A stretch of DNA of 64,000 nt from an uncultured Verrucomicrobiae bacterium (GCA_963702845.1 OY969763.1:1312001-1376000), one strand, 5' to 3'; positions 39,683 through 48,929 are shown, numbered from the stretch's first letter. Notes: generated from the letters alone by a model not told the origin. A program made the numbers and translations.

Positions 39683-41572
39683 CTAGTTTTTAGACTGAGA
39701 CTTCAACCACACCGCCATATCACCGTCGTCGCGATTGTCCCATGCGAAATACGGTATCGCCCGGGTGTTACCTTTCAACATGGTGACACCGCCTAACAAA
39801 CTTGGACGATATTCCGGCGTCAGCGAGTCGTTGCTCGATAAGGTGAGGGTGCGTGCGCGGTCGTCGTTGTCGTCGCCTTCGAAGCAATACACGACCGGGC
39901 CGCGCTGGATCGCCACTCGGCCGCGATCGGCGGCGACTTTCTCGATGGCTTTCACACGCCGAACCGGCATCGGCAGATTGAGCTGAACAACGTCGCCGGA
40001 TTTCCATTTTCGATCGATTGTCGCGTAGCCGTTTTCAATTTTCGTTTTCGTTGATTTGCCGTTCACCAAAATCGTGACTGGCTGGGCTTTGTCTTCGAAT
40101 TGATAGAGGTCGTTTGTCGAGGAGTTGCCGCACCAATTCGGAATCCGCAATGCGAGGGTGAACCTGGAGTTTTTTTGCAGGTCGAGGGTGATCTTCACCT
40201 CGCCATCCCACGGGTATTTGGTCTCTTCTTTCAACGAAACGGTCGTGCCCGCTACATCTATGTGCGCGCGGCTCGCGGTGTATTGACTGACGAGAATTTG
40301 TTTATCGTCGTGCGCGTAGAGATAGCCACCGATCGTTGGCAGAAACCGCACGACGTTGACGGGGCAACAGGCGCAGCCGAACCATTGTTGGCGATGATGT
40401 TTGCCGGCGGATTCGAGCGGGTTGACGTAGAAGAATTTTCCTCCGTCAAGCGAGACGCCGCTGAGCGCGCCATTGTAGAGGACGCGTTCGACGACGTCGG
40501 CGTATTTGGCATCGCCGTGCAGCAAGGCCATGCGTTGGTTCCAAAAGGCCATACCGATACTCGCGCACGTTTCGCAATAGGCAGATTCATTCGGTAGATC
40601 ATACGCGACCGTAAAGCCTTCGTTCTTGGCGGACGGACCGATGCCGCCAGTCAGATACATTTTGCGTTGGGTAACGTCGTTCCAAATCGCGTCGAGTGTG
40701 GCGATGTATTTTGGATTGTGCGTGATCGCGGCGATGTCGGCGACGGCGCTGTAGAGATACATCGCACGCACGGCGTGGCCCTGAATTTCACGCTGGTCTT
40801 CGATGGGAACGTGGTCCTGGCAATACTCGCCGTAGAGCTGGCGTTTGCAGTCATGGCCGCGTTCAGCGATGAAGAATTCCGCAAGCTTCAGGTATTTGTC
40901 GTTGCCGGTGATGCGCCACAGTTTTACCAGCGCGAGTTCGATTTCTTCGTGGCCGGGGACGTCGTGTTTTTTTTCGGGACCGAAGACGCTATCAATGTGA
41001 TCTGCGACACGAATGGCGACGTCGAGGAGTTTGCGTTTGCCGGTGGCCTGGTAATAGGCGATCGCGCCTTCGATCAGGTGACCGGCGCAGTAGGTCTCGT
41101 GCATGGACTTTTCGTTGGTCCAACGTTTACCGAGCTCTTTGTTGATGGTGTAGAAGGTGTAGAGATAACCGTCGGGTTGTTGGGCGGCGGCGATTTTGTC
41201 GATGACTCCGTCGATGGTTTTTTCAAGTTCCGGATCGCGTTGTTGCGAGAGCGAGTAAGCTACGCCTTCGATCACTTTGTAAACGTCCGAGTCATCGAAG
41301 AAAATCCCTTCGAATTTCCCCGGCATGAGTCCGGCCGCTTTTGCGAAATTATTGATGCGGCCTTCGCAAAACTGCAGATCGTGCGGAACAATCTTCTCGC
41401 GATTCATTTTGATGCGCGGCGCCCAGAACTCGCTGTCGATTTGGACGTCGGTGAAAGGGACCGCGACGAGCTCTGATTGTTTCGCGGCGAAACAACTGAG
41501 CGCGATGACAAAGAAGAAAAGCGGGAGCAAGCTCCACGCATTCCATATGCAATTCTTAGTCCAACGGCTCAC
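39683..41572 (-). CDS. GH127 beta-L-arabinofuranosidase-like protein
   Basis: FDDSDVYK, HETYCAGH, GHEEIE, GHAVR, YCETCASIG, CACCP. Confidence 0.92.
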   Translation of the reverse strand: MSRWTKNCIWNAWSLLPLFFFVIALSCFAAKQSELVAVPFTDVQIDSEFWAPRIKMNREKIVPHDLQFCEGRINNFAKAAGLMPGKFEGIFFDDSDVYKVIEGVAYSLSQQRDPELEKTIDGVIDKIAAAQQPDGYLYTFYTINKELGKRWTNEKSMHETYCAGHLIEGAIAYYQATGKRKLLDVAIRVADHIDSVFGPEKKHDVPGHEEIELALVKLWRITGNDKYLKLAEFFIAERGHDCKRQLYGEYCQDHVPIEDQREIQGHAVRAMYLYSAVADIAAITHNPKYIATLDAIWNDVTQRKMYLTGGIGPSAKNEGFTVAYDLPNESAYCETCASIGMAFWNQRMALLHGDAKYADVVERVLYNGALSGVSLDGGKFFYVNPLESAGKHHRQQWFGCACCPVNVVRFLPTIGGYLYAHDDKQILVSQYTASRAHIDVAGTTVSLKEETKYPWDGEVKITLDLQKNSRFTLALRIPNWCGNSSTNDLYQFEDKAQPVTILVNGKSTKTKIENGYATIDRKWKSGDVVQLNLPMPVRRVKAIEKVAADRGRVAIQRGPVVYCFEGDDNDDRARTLTLSSNDSLTPEYRPSLLGGVTMLKGNTRAIPYFAWDNRDDGDMAVWLKSQSKN

Positions 41573-41841
41573 GGTGTAATCTCCAGATCATCTAAACCGG
41601 AGTCCTCCATAAAATTCTCATAAAACCTGAGCGTATCAGTGCGGGCGAAACCGGCGCGTTCGTCCGCTATCAGCTCTTTAAGCGCTTCCCGAATCGCTGC
41701 GAGTTCCTCGGGTGTGGCCGAACGCAAATTGAAAGCGATATCTTCCAAAGCCTTGATTGCATTGTCTGGATCAACGATATCGTCTCCAGCCAATTCAAGG
41801 AACGCTGCAGCCCCGATTAAAGCCTTCGCAAGTGTTTTCAT
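41569..41841 (-). CDS. Small acidic hypothetical protein
   Basis: Tightly coupled to both neighbours (3-nt gap and GTGA overlap). Confidence 0.6.
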   Translation of the reverse strand: MKTLAKALIGAAAFLELAGDDIVDPDNAIKALEDIAFNLRSATPEELAAIREALKELIADERAGFARTDTLRFYENFMEDSGLDDLEITP

Positions 41842-41844
41842 TTC

Positions 41845-43304
41845 CTACTCATTATGCGGAACTTTCACCGTGCCTCCTCCCACGAATTCGCGGATGACGG
41901 CGTCGCCTGGGATGATGTCGTAGCTGGTGACTTGGTCGCGCGTGAGGCCTTCGATGGAGTCGAGCAGCGTCTTTGACGCGTTTGTGGCGGATGTGGGCGT
42001 CGAGGAAGCCGGGGTAGGAATCCAACGCTTCGGCGGGCGGGAAGTATCCGCTCGGGCCGGAGAAAAATGGCTTGAGCGCGGGCAGGTCGAACGGGAAGCC
42101 GCCGTTGACGACGTGGTCGGCGGTGCCGTTGAGCGGGATGATGCTGAAGAGTTCGCCGGCGCGGACGTAATGCCAGTGCAACAAGGTGAGCAGGGGACTG
42201 TGATTGCGATGCTGCACGTCGCGCAACATGCGGCGGACGAGGCGCACGTCGGTAAACTTCGTCAACGCGCTTCGTGCTGCCGTCGCCTTCGTACATCGCG
42301 TTCTGCGTTTCGATGTAGAGCTTGAACTGCGCGCTCGCGTCGATGCCTTCGGTGATCGGCGGATACAAACCGTGCAAGCAATCGAGCAACAGGATCTGGT
42401 CCTTCTCGAGCTTCACCGGTTTGGTGGTGGTGCGGCGGCCTTCTTTGAAACTGTAAACCGGTTTCTCGATCGTCTCGCCGTTGAGCAACGCGACGAGGTG
42501 CTGGTTCAAGAGCTGGATGTCCAAGGCTTCGGGCGTTTCGTAATTGCGATCGTTGATCCAATCGGTCGGATGTTCCACGAGCGACCAAAAATAATCGTCG
42601 AGGTTCAACATCAGGAAACGCAGGCCTTGTTTCTGAAGACGTTCGGTGAGCTTGACGGTCGTGGTCGTCTTGCCGCTGGAACTCGGGCCGCTGACCCACA
42701 TCATGCGCAACTTGTCGCCTTTGTTGAGGCGGGCCATGACTTTGGCGGCGGCTTCGTCGAGGGACTTCTCGTAATTGCCGAGGGACTCTTCGACGAGCCC
42801 CTTGAGTTTGCCGCGTCGCACCACTTCGTTCAGGCCGGCGACGGTGTCGACGCCGCGGGCGCGATTCCACTCGAGCACCTTGCTCATGGCCGCGTCCGGG
42901 AAACCGTTGCCGACGAACGTTTCCTTCGTGACCGCGCCTTCGCGCAACCAATGGCGGCCCCAACGATAACAGGCGTAAGCATCGGCCGTGTTCTGGAAAC
43001 CGTAACTGCGCAGCACGTGCAGGACGGTGTCCTGGATCATCTCGATGGTCGGCGGGAAATTGGTGATGAGATGGTGCTCGTCGGAATTGAGGCCGACGAT
43101 GACGGCATCGGCGAGAAACCCGGCGAGGGCTTCATCGGAGTTCCACGTCGCGAAAAGTTTCTCGTTGATGCCGGTGAGGCAATCTTGTTGGAAGCCGCCG
43201 ATGGATTGGCCGGCGCGGAGGATGGCGCGGCGGATTTTGTCGGCATCGAATTTGACGAGCGCCCGATTGCGCTTTTGAACTTTGACAATGCGATTTTGAA
43301 CCAT
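41845..43304 (-). CDS. ATP-cone plus uridine-kinase-like (PRK/UK) fusion protein; frameshifts at ~42265 and ~41972
   Basis: VQKRNRALVKFDADKIRRAI...IEMIQDTV...AYACYR (ATP-cone); SGPSSSGKTT, LDDYF, YETPEALD, DVRLVRRMLRD (Udk-like); repaired end VIREFVGGGTVKVPHNE*. Confidence 0.85.
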
Positions 43305-43381
43305 GGGCGAGTATAGGGAAAGTGGGAGCGAGAGTGAAAGTGAAAGTGCGTCACATCGTTGAGAAACATCAATGTTTGCGG

Positions 43382-43397
43382 CCACAAGATGTAGTGC
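43382..43397. promoter_or_regulatory. Putative NrdR box
   Basis: CCACAAGATGTAGTGC versus consensus acaCwAtATaTwGtgt; weaker copy at 43412. Confidence 0.5.
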
Positions 43398-43425
43398 GTG
43401 AAGTTAAATCACCACAAGGGTGCGA

Positions 43426-43494
43426 GCACTAACGATCCAAAGGCGTCGATAAACTCAAGGGACAGTCGGTGTTGCCTGCGGGGCGGTGTTAGGC
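43426..43494 (-). mobile_element. Truncated attC-like site at the 3' end of the DUF805-like gene
   Basis: Minus strand GCCTAAC (RYYYAAC) ACCGCCCCGCAGGCAAC...; TTAGAC (TTRRRY) lies 10 nt before the gene's ATG. Confidence 0.5.
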
Positions 43495-43823
43495 TGCTTT
43501 TGAGCAGGACACAAAAGCAGGAACATCACGAGTAAAAGGTTGGCCAATGGAACTAAAAGCAAAAGAGCAACCCAACGATTCGTACCAGTCGAAGCGAGTC
43601 TGGGGATAATCGCGAAACGAACGAAGCAGACGACCAAAAAGAGAAATGCCACAAACCACAAGCCGAACAACAGAGTAAGCACAGGCAAATTCTCTTTGCC
43701 CCGGCCGGTGGAAAAATACAAAGCCCACCGAAAGGAAACCTGGAGAGCCATTGAAGCGATGACGCCAAGAATAAACCAGCCCAGAAAAGCTGCTCTACCA
43801 ATCGGCTTTGGAAATGTGCTCAT
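43455..43823 (-). CDS. DUF805-like small membrane protein
   Basis: PIGRAAF, RLASTGTNRW, LLLVPLANL; 3 TM; lower GC. Confidence 0.75.
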   Translation of the reverse strand: MSTFPKPIGRAAFLGWFILGVIASMALQVSFRWALYFSTGRGKENLPVLTLLFGLWFVAFLFLVVCFVRFAIIPRLASTGTNRWVALLLLVPLANLLLVMFLLLCPAQKQPNTAPQATPTVP

Positions 43824-43912
43824 ATTTCTGGTGGTCTAATAATTAATGTACGACAACTGTTCGCATGTTTTCGAAAGATGAACAAGGCTTTTTGCTGCGG
43901 GCACGGAATGGG

Positions 43913-44034
43913 AAAGCGGCAGGGGAGTCGAACGTCGGCCTCGCATGCAGCCGCAGTCCAAAAGCTTCGCCGGTTTCGGGGCGCGGTGGATTGTCGCGGC
44001 AGCGTCTTGGAGTGCGCCAGTCCTCTGGCGCTTT
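43913..44034. repeat. Inverted pair of REP-like palindromes
   Basis: Right copy GCGTCTTGGAGTGCGCCAGTCCTCTGGCGCTTT; left copy AAAGCGGCAG...GCCGCAGTCCAAAAGC is a diverged inverted version. Confidence 0.6.
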
Positions 44035-44081
44035 CCCATTGGCGGTTCAGCGGAGGGTTTATCTATGCGCCGGATAGCATC

Positions 44082-44270
44082 GGGCGCACGCCGGAGTGTT
44101 TACGGCGCACAGTTAGAGGCAGGCGGCGTGAGTCTTGGAAAAACAGGCGTGGGCCGGAAGCATTACGGCGTGCCACTTAATAAAATCGGCGTGCGTCTTT
44201 ACATATAAGGCGTGCGACTGAATTTATCAGTCGTGCACCGGAAATGTTCCGGCGTGCGGTTATTCGCTTC
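44082..44270 (+). repeat. 21-bp periodic array C: conserved GGCGTG/GGCGCA core plus variable remainder, 9 units
   Basis: Units start at 44082, 44103, 44124, 44145, 44166, 44187, 44208, 44229, 44250. Confidence 0.9.
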
Positions 44271-44360
44271 AGCCAGCACCGCGAAGCCTTCGTCGGCCCC
44301 AACCAACCAGTCAACTAAGTGGTTGACTGTCAAGCGCAGGTTGATATTTTGAGCGGCCTT

Positions 44361-44981
44361 ATGGCTAAATCGGACTTCATGCCCAAACAGGACGGCGCTA
44401 TCGCCACCTGGCACGATTGCTTCACCCACGGTTTGCCCGGCCTCGCCGCCAAATACGGCATCAGTGCGGGCGATGTTGCTACCGCTGTCACCCATAATTC
44501 TACCTACAAAACAAATTTGACCGATGCCAACGCCAAGGTCGCCGCGGCCCAGGCCTCCGTGTCCGAGAAGGACGCCAGTCGCGACACCGCCGTCTCGTTC
44601 GCGCGCGCGGTGGGTCGCCGCATCAAGGCGCATCCGGATTACGACCCCGCCGACGGCGCGTTGCTTGGCATCATCGGGCACGATCGCACGGTGGACTTGC
44701 GCACGCGCGCGCCGCACTTGCTCGGGCGCGACCACGGGCGCGGCCGGGTGGAGTTGCGGTTCAAGAAGTCTTCGGCCGATGGCATCAAGGTTTATTGCAA
44801 GCGCGGCGAGGAGACGACGTGGACGCATATTTCGACGAACACGCGCACAAAGTTTTTCGATGAACGCCCGTTGTTGGTGGCGGGCAAGCCGGAGCTGCGC
44901 CTTTATCGCGCGCATTATATTTTGCGCGACGCGGACATCGGCGAGTACAGCCAGGAATTGGAAATCACCTGCGCGCCGTGA
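44361..44981 (+). CDS. Hypothetical protein: N-terminal helical domain plus C-terminal FN3-like beta domain
   Basis: Ala-rich amphipathic helices, then VELRFKK..GIKVYCKR..W..FFDERP..LYRAHY..GEYS..ITCAP; no signal peptide. Confidence 0.8.
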   Translation: MAKSDFMPKQDGAIATWHDCFTHGLPGLAAKYGISAGDVATAVTHNSTYKTNLTDANAKVAAAQASVSEKDASRDTAVSFARAVGRRIKAHPDYDPADGALLGIIGHDRTVDLRTRAPHLLGRDHGRGRVELRFKKSSADGIKVYCKRGEETTWTHISTNTRTKFFDERPLLVAGKPELRLYRAHYILRDADIGEYSQELEITCAP

Positions 44982-45028
44982 GCCATCGCGCTCCGGAACA
45001 TGTCACTTGTTCGGCCTGTGGTGGAAGA

Positions 45029-45220
45029 TCAGTCGAACAGGTCCATAATCGCTCTCTGAAATTTTGGCGCGTGGTCTAATGCGTAAAGGAGTGGGGCGTA
45101 AATGTGTTGAAGAACGGTCAACGCATGGCTGCTGGTATTCCAATGCCCGGTACGGACCAAACAAACTGCCACGCCAAAACTCAACAGATACAAAAAGCAG
45201 ATCGACACGAGAATCTCCAC
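45029..45220 (-). CDS. Possible small membrane protein
   Basis: One TM segment and IYAPL; frame open about 50 codons further upstream without ATG. Confidence 0.35.
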   Translation of the reverse strand: MEILVSICFLYLLSFGVAVCLVRTGHWNTSSHALTVLQHIYAPLLYALDHAPKFQRAIMDLFD

Positions 45221-45425
45221 GGCGTTCTTGAAAAATCTCCAAGTGGTCCAGAGCTTCGGACTGTCCTCCTCGTTACTGTTCGGCGTCGTTTTCGTTTCCG
45301 CAGAGTAGAACGGAACAACGCCCTGGTGTCGACGCGGTTGTTTGCGGGCGGTGGTGAGAATTGCGAGGCGACATTAAAGCAACTCCCGATACCGGCACAT
45401 CGGCAGGCGTGTCATAAATGCCGGC

Positions 45426-45722
45426 ATGAAAAAGCGCCTGATTCCGATTGCCTGTGCACTCACCGTCGGTTTGCTGTCCGCCAGGTCTCAATCTCTGTCC
45501 ACGGAGAGCGTCACTGATGTTGCGGCTGACGCATTCGTCGTGCGACCGGTGGCATTTGTGGGAACGGTTATTGGCTCGGTGGTGTTCGTGGTGACTCTGC
45601 CGTTCACAGCACCTAGTTGTGGCGTGCGGACGGCGGCTCACGCCCTGGTAGTGGTCCCGGCGCACTATACTTTCACGCGTCCACTCGGCGAGCTGGAGAC
45701 ATGGGACGTGGATGCTTTTTGA
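45426..45722 (+). CDS. Small exported/membrane hypothetical protein
   Basis: Signal-like N-terminus; DAFVVRPV...LPFTAP...TFTRPLG. Confidence 0.75.
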   Translation: MKKRLIPIACALTVGLLSARSQSLSTESVTDVAADAFVVRPVAFVGTVIGSVVFVVTLPFTAPSCGVRTAAHALVVVPAHYTFTRPLGELETWDVDAF

Positions 45723-45734
45723 TCTTCGCGCAAG

Positions 45735-46718
45735 TTAGGGCACGAGAACAGCGGCGCCCTGGAGCTCGCCATGACGCAACGCGTCGAGTGCTTCGTTGGC
45801 TTTCACGAGCGGGAATGGTTCTGTTTGTGTCCGAACCGGAACCTTCGGCGCAATCGCCAGGAATTCCTCGCCGTCGCGACGGGTGAGATTGGCGACGGAG
45901 GTGATGGTGCGTTCGTGCCACAGGAGTTCGTAGGGGAAGCTTGGGATGTCGCTCATGTGAATGCCGCCGCAGACGACGGTGCCGCCGGGAGCAAGAGCTG
46001 CGAGAGCTTGCGGAATGAGCGAGCCGACGGGAGCGAAGAGGATGGCGGCGTCGAGAGGTTCGGGTGGTTGATCGCCGGAGTTGCCGGCCCAAACTGCGCC
46101 GAGTGATTTGGCGAAAGTTTGTGCCGTGGTGTCGCCGGGTCGGGTGAAGGCGAACACTTTGCGGCCCTGAAATGTTGCGACTTGCGCAATGATGTGAGCC
46201 GCGGCGCCGAAACCGTAGATGCCGAGACGTTGGGCGTCGCCAGTTTTCCCGAGTGAACGGTAACCGATCAGGCCGGCACAAAGTAACGGGGCGGCTTCGA
46301 CGTCGGTGTAGTCGCCGTGGATTGGGAAGCAGAAACGTTCGTCGGCGACGGTGTATTCGGCGTAACCGCCATCGAGTGTGTAGCCGTTGAAACGGGCGTT
46401 CGGGCAAAGGTTTTCGCGGCCGCTACGGCAATACGTGCATTCACCATCAGTCCAGCCGAGCCACGGAATTCCGACGCGGTCGCCGGGGTTGAATCGTTTT
46501 GCGTCCGCGCCAGATTCGACGACGTGGCCGATGATTTGGTGGCCGAGGATGAGTGGGAGTTTTGGATTTGGTAACTCGCCATCGATGACGTGGAGATCAG
46601 TCCGGCAAACGGCGCAGGCGGAGACTTTGATGAGGACCTGGCGCGGGGTTGGTGTGGGAGTTGGTTGGTCTGATTCGACCAGCGGTTTGCCGATTTCAGT
46701 TAGTAGCATCGCGCGCAT
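45735..46718 (-). CDS. Zn-dependent alcohol dehydrogenase family protein
   Basis: CRTDLH, GHQ, CTYC...ENLC, LLCAGLIGY, GIYGFGAAA. Confidence 0.93.
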   Translation of the reverse strand: MRAMLLTEIGKPLVESDQPTPTPTPRQVLIKVSACAVCRTDLHVIDGELPNPKLPLILGHQIIGHVVESGADAKRFNPGDRVGIPWLGWTDGECTYCRSGRENLCPNARFNGYTLDGGYAEYTVADERFCFPIHGDYTDVEAAPLLCAGLIGYRSLGKTGDAQRLGIYGFGAAAHIIAQVATFQGRKVFAFTRPGDTTAQTFAKSLGAVWAGNSGDQPPEPLDAAILFAPVGSLIPQALAALAPGGTVVCGGIHMSDIPSFPYELLWHERTITSVANLTRRDGEEFLAIAPKVPVRTQTEPFPLVKANEALDALRHGELQGAAVLVP

Positions 46719-46771
46719 AACAAAAGTTAGCACGGCTTGAACCAGCACGGCGGGTCTGTTACAAACGCACG

Positions 46772-47179
46772 ATGGCAAAAGCATCTGCAAACAAGGACCA
46801 GCAACGGCTCACTAAACTCGCGCGCGAGGCGATGAAGAATGCTTACGCGCCCTATTCGGACTTTCGCGTGGGAGCGGCGATTTTGTTGAAGGACGGACGA
46901 GTTTTCACCGGGTGCAACGTGGAGAATGCTTCTTACGGGCTGACGATTTGCGCGGAGCGGAATGCGATTTTTGCAGCGGTCGCGGCGAGTAAGAAGAAGC
47001 CAGAGATCGAGGCGGTGGTGGTTTTGAATCATCGCGGGGTGCCTTGTTCGCCATGTGGAGCATGCCGGCAGGTGATCGCGGAGTTCGGGCCGAATGCGGC
47101 GGTGTCGTATCTCGGTGTAAAAAGCATGGTGACCCGGACGATGCGGGAACTTTTGGTGGATGGGTTTGTGTTGGAATAA
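46772..47179 (+). CDS. cdd: Cytidine deaminase
   Basis: AYAPYS, GCNVENASY, CAER, PCGACRQ. Confidence 0.96.
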   Translation: MAKASANKDQQRLTKLAREAMKNAYAPYSDFRVGAAILLKDGRVFTGCNVENASYGLTICAERNAIFAAVAASKKKPEIEAVVVLNHRGVPCSPCGACRQVIAEFGPNAAVSYLGVKSMVTRTMRELLVDGFVLE

Positions 47180-47253
47180 TCTTTTCGTAAGGCCCCGATT
47201 GCTGTAGAAGATAACTGCAAAAAAGCAGGGCTTCTTCCCCGCAACAAAAGCAA

Positions 47254-47796
47254 ATGGACCAGTCTCAACAAGGCGAAGTGTTGTTTCGCGAAATTCAATG
47301 GTACCAGCCACGGTGGCTGTGGGTGCTCGTATTAGGCGTGGCCGCACTGGATTGGTATTTCGGGTTCGCGCACGGTTTGTTGCACAACCCGATGCGGCAT
47401 GGTCTCTATACTATTTCCTTGGTTATTCTAGGCGTGCTCGCGCCGCTGTTTCTTTGCACGTATCGGCAATTGACCGAGGTGCGTCGGGACGGGATCCACG
47501 TCACACGTTCGCCTTTTCCGCGTAGTTCGACAGTGATTCGGTTTTCGCAGTTTTACCGGTATCAACCGCGCGTTTGCAGTCCGATTTATGCGGCCGGCGG
47601 TTGGGGAATTTCACAAGGCTGGCAAGGACAGGCGTTCAACATGGGCGGACCGAACGCGGTGGAATTGTGTTTAGTTGGTGGTGGCCGCGTCCTGATTGGC
47701 TCATGCAAGCAGCGGCAGTTGCTCGATACGTTGCATCACTTGTGCCAGCCGAAACGAACCAGTGCGTCGACCGAATCTGCCATCAGCGTCAGCTAG
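47254..47796 (+). CDS. Hypothetical membrane protein (2 TM plus soluble domain)
   Basis: FREIQ, two TMs, GGWGI, VLIGS. Confidence 0.7.
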   Translation: MDQSQQGEVLFREIQWYQPRWLWVLVLGVAALDWYFGFAHGLLHNPMRHGLYTISLVILGVLAPLFLCTYRQLTEVRRDGIHVTRSPFPRSSTVIRFSQFYRYQPRVCSPIYAAGGWGISQGWQGQAFNMGGPNAVELCLVGGGRVLIGSCKQRQLLDTLHHLCQPKRTSASTESAISVS

Positions 47797-48929
47797 GGCG
47801 ATTGGAGCAGAACGAGGGTGTTGGCGACGTGGCGTAGAACGCCTTTTTCGGAGGGGTGATTTATAACTTTCCCATTCAGCCACATGGTCGTGGAACCGCC
47901 ACCGTCGAGATTCATCGCTTCTTTACAACCTAAACGAACCATCAGCGCCCCGAGTTCGGGAAAGGTCATGCCCACGGACAGATCGGGTTTGCGCCCGTCG
48001 ACGACGACCATCAAAAACTCATGATCGTTCCAGCCAATGGCGGTGCGCGGATTGCGTTCACGGAGGTGGTCGGCCTTGCCGGGTTTTAGCTCTTGAAGGT
48101 TTTTGCCGTTGCGCACGAGAGCGGGGCCGCCGCCAATCGCGGTGCGAATGCCGGTGAGAGCAGGAGTGACGGATAAGCTGATTGTGACGTCGTCGCCGGT
48201 GGAGAGGGTGGGTAGACGTTGGGCGAGTTTTGGTCCAAGCGACAGGACCATTGTGTCCGGACGGATGGCGGTGTTCCCGCTATTGTGAACTTCGGCGATT
48301 TTGGCGGAGATCTTTTCTCCGGTGTGGGCGGGCAACCATTCGGTCGCGCCGTTTGATTGCAGCACAACTTCAACACCGTTGCTGGTGCGAGTCGATGGCC
48401 CGAGGGCGGGAGTGAGCAAGGTTGCTTTGTTGTCTGCGCGAGTTTCGTTGAACCCAATGTTGATGGTTTTGGATTGCGGCAAAGTGACTTTGAAATCTGG
48501 CTTAACGCGATCCATGTGCGGCTTGCCGTCGGCATCGACCCAGAACGCAACCTCGCGCCACGGGCCGCTGACGAGTTCGCCGTCGATGATTTGCAGGCCG
48601 CGCGGGTCGCCTTGATAAGGTTCTTTTTTGATGAGGAAGAAGTCGCCGTTCACGGCAGCGATCGGGCGACCGAGAGTTTTTGGCATGGCGGCGACTTGTT
48701 CAGGCACTGTGGCGAGACCGAAGACGGTTCCGCGCGCGAGCGTGGTGGTCAGATGGAGTTCGGGATGGTTTAGCTCGAACCTGGTGACGTGAATGGACCA
48801 CGGGCCGGATTTGTCGGTCAGATGGGTATAAGTGACGCCCGGCACGATGGGTCGATTATCGGCAGCGGCAGCATCGAATGAAATAAAAACTATCAGAAGC
48901 GCCAGAAGCGCGGAAATTGAGCGACTCAT
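47793..48929 (-). CDS. Phosphodiester glycosidase (NAGPA-like) family protein
   Basis: AAVNGDFF, NPRTAIG, VVDGR, AMNLDGGGS. Confidence 0.9.
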   Translation of the reverse strand: MSRSISALLALLIVFISFDAAAADNRPIVPGVTYTHLTDKSGPWSIHVTRFELNHPELHLTTTLARGTVFGLATVPEQVAAMPKTLGRPIAAVNGDFFLIKKEPYQGDPRGLQIIDGELVSGPWREVAFWVDADGKPHMDRVKPDFKVTLPQSKTINIGFNETRADNKATLLTPALGPSTRTSNGVEVVLQSNGATEWLPAHTGEKISAKIAEVHNSGNTAIRPDTMVLSLGPKLAQRLPTLSTGDDVTISLSVTPALTGIRTAIGGGPALVRNGKNLQELKPGKADHLRERNPRTAIGWNDHEFLMVVVDGRKPDLSVGMTFPELGALMVRLGCKEAMNLDGGGSTTMWLNGKVINHPSEKGVLRHVANTLVLLQSP

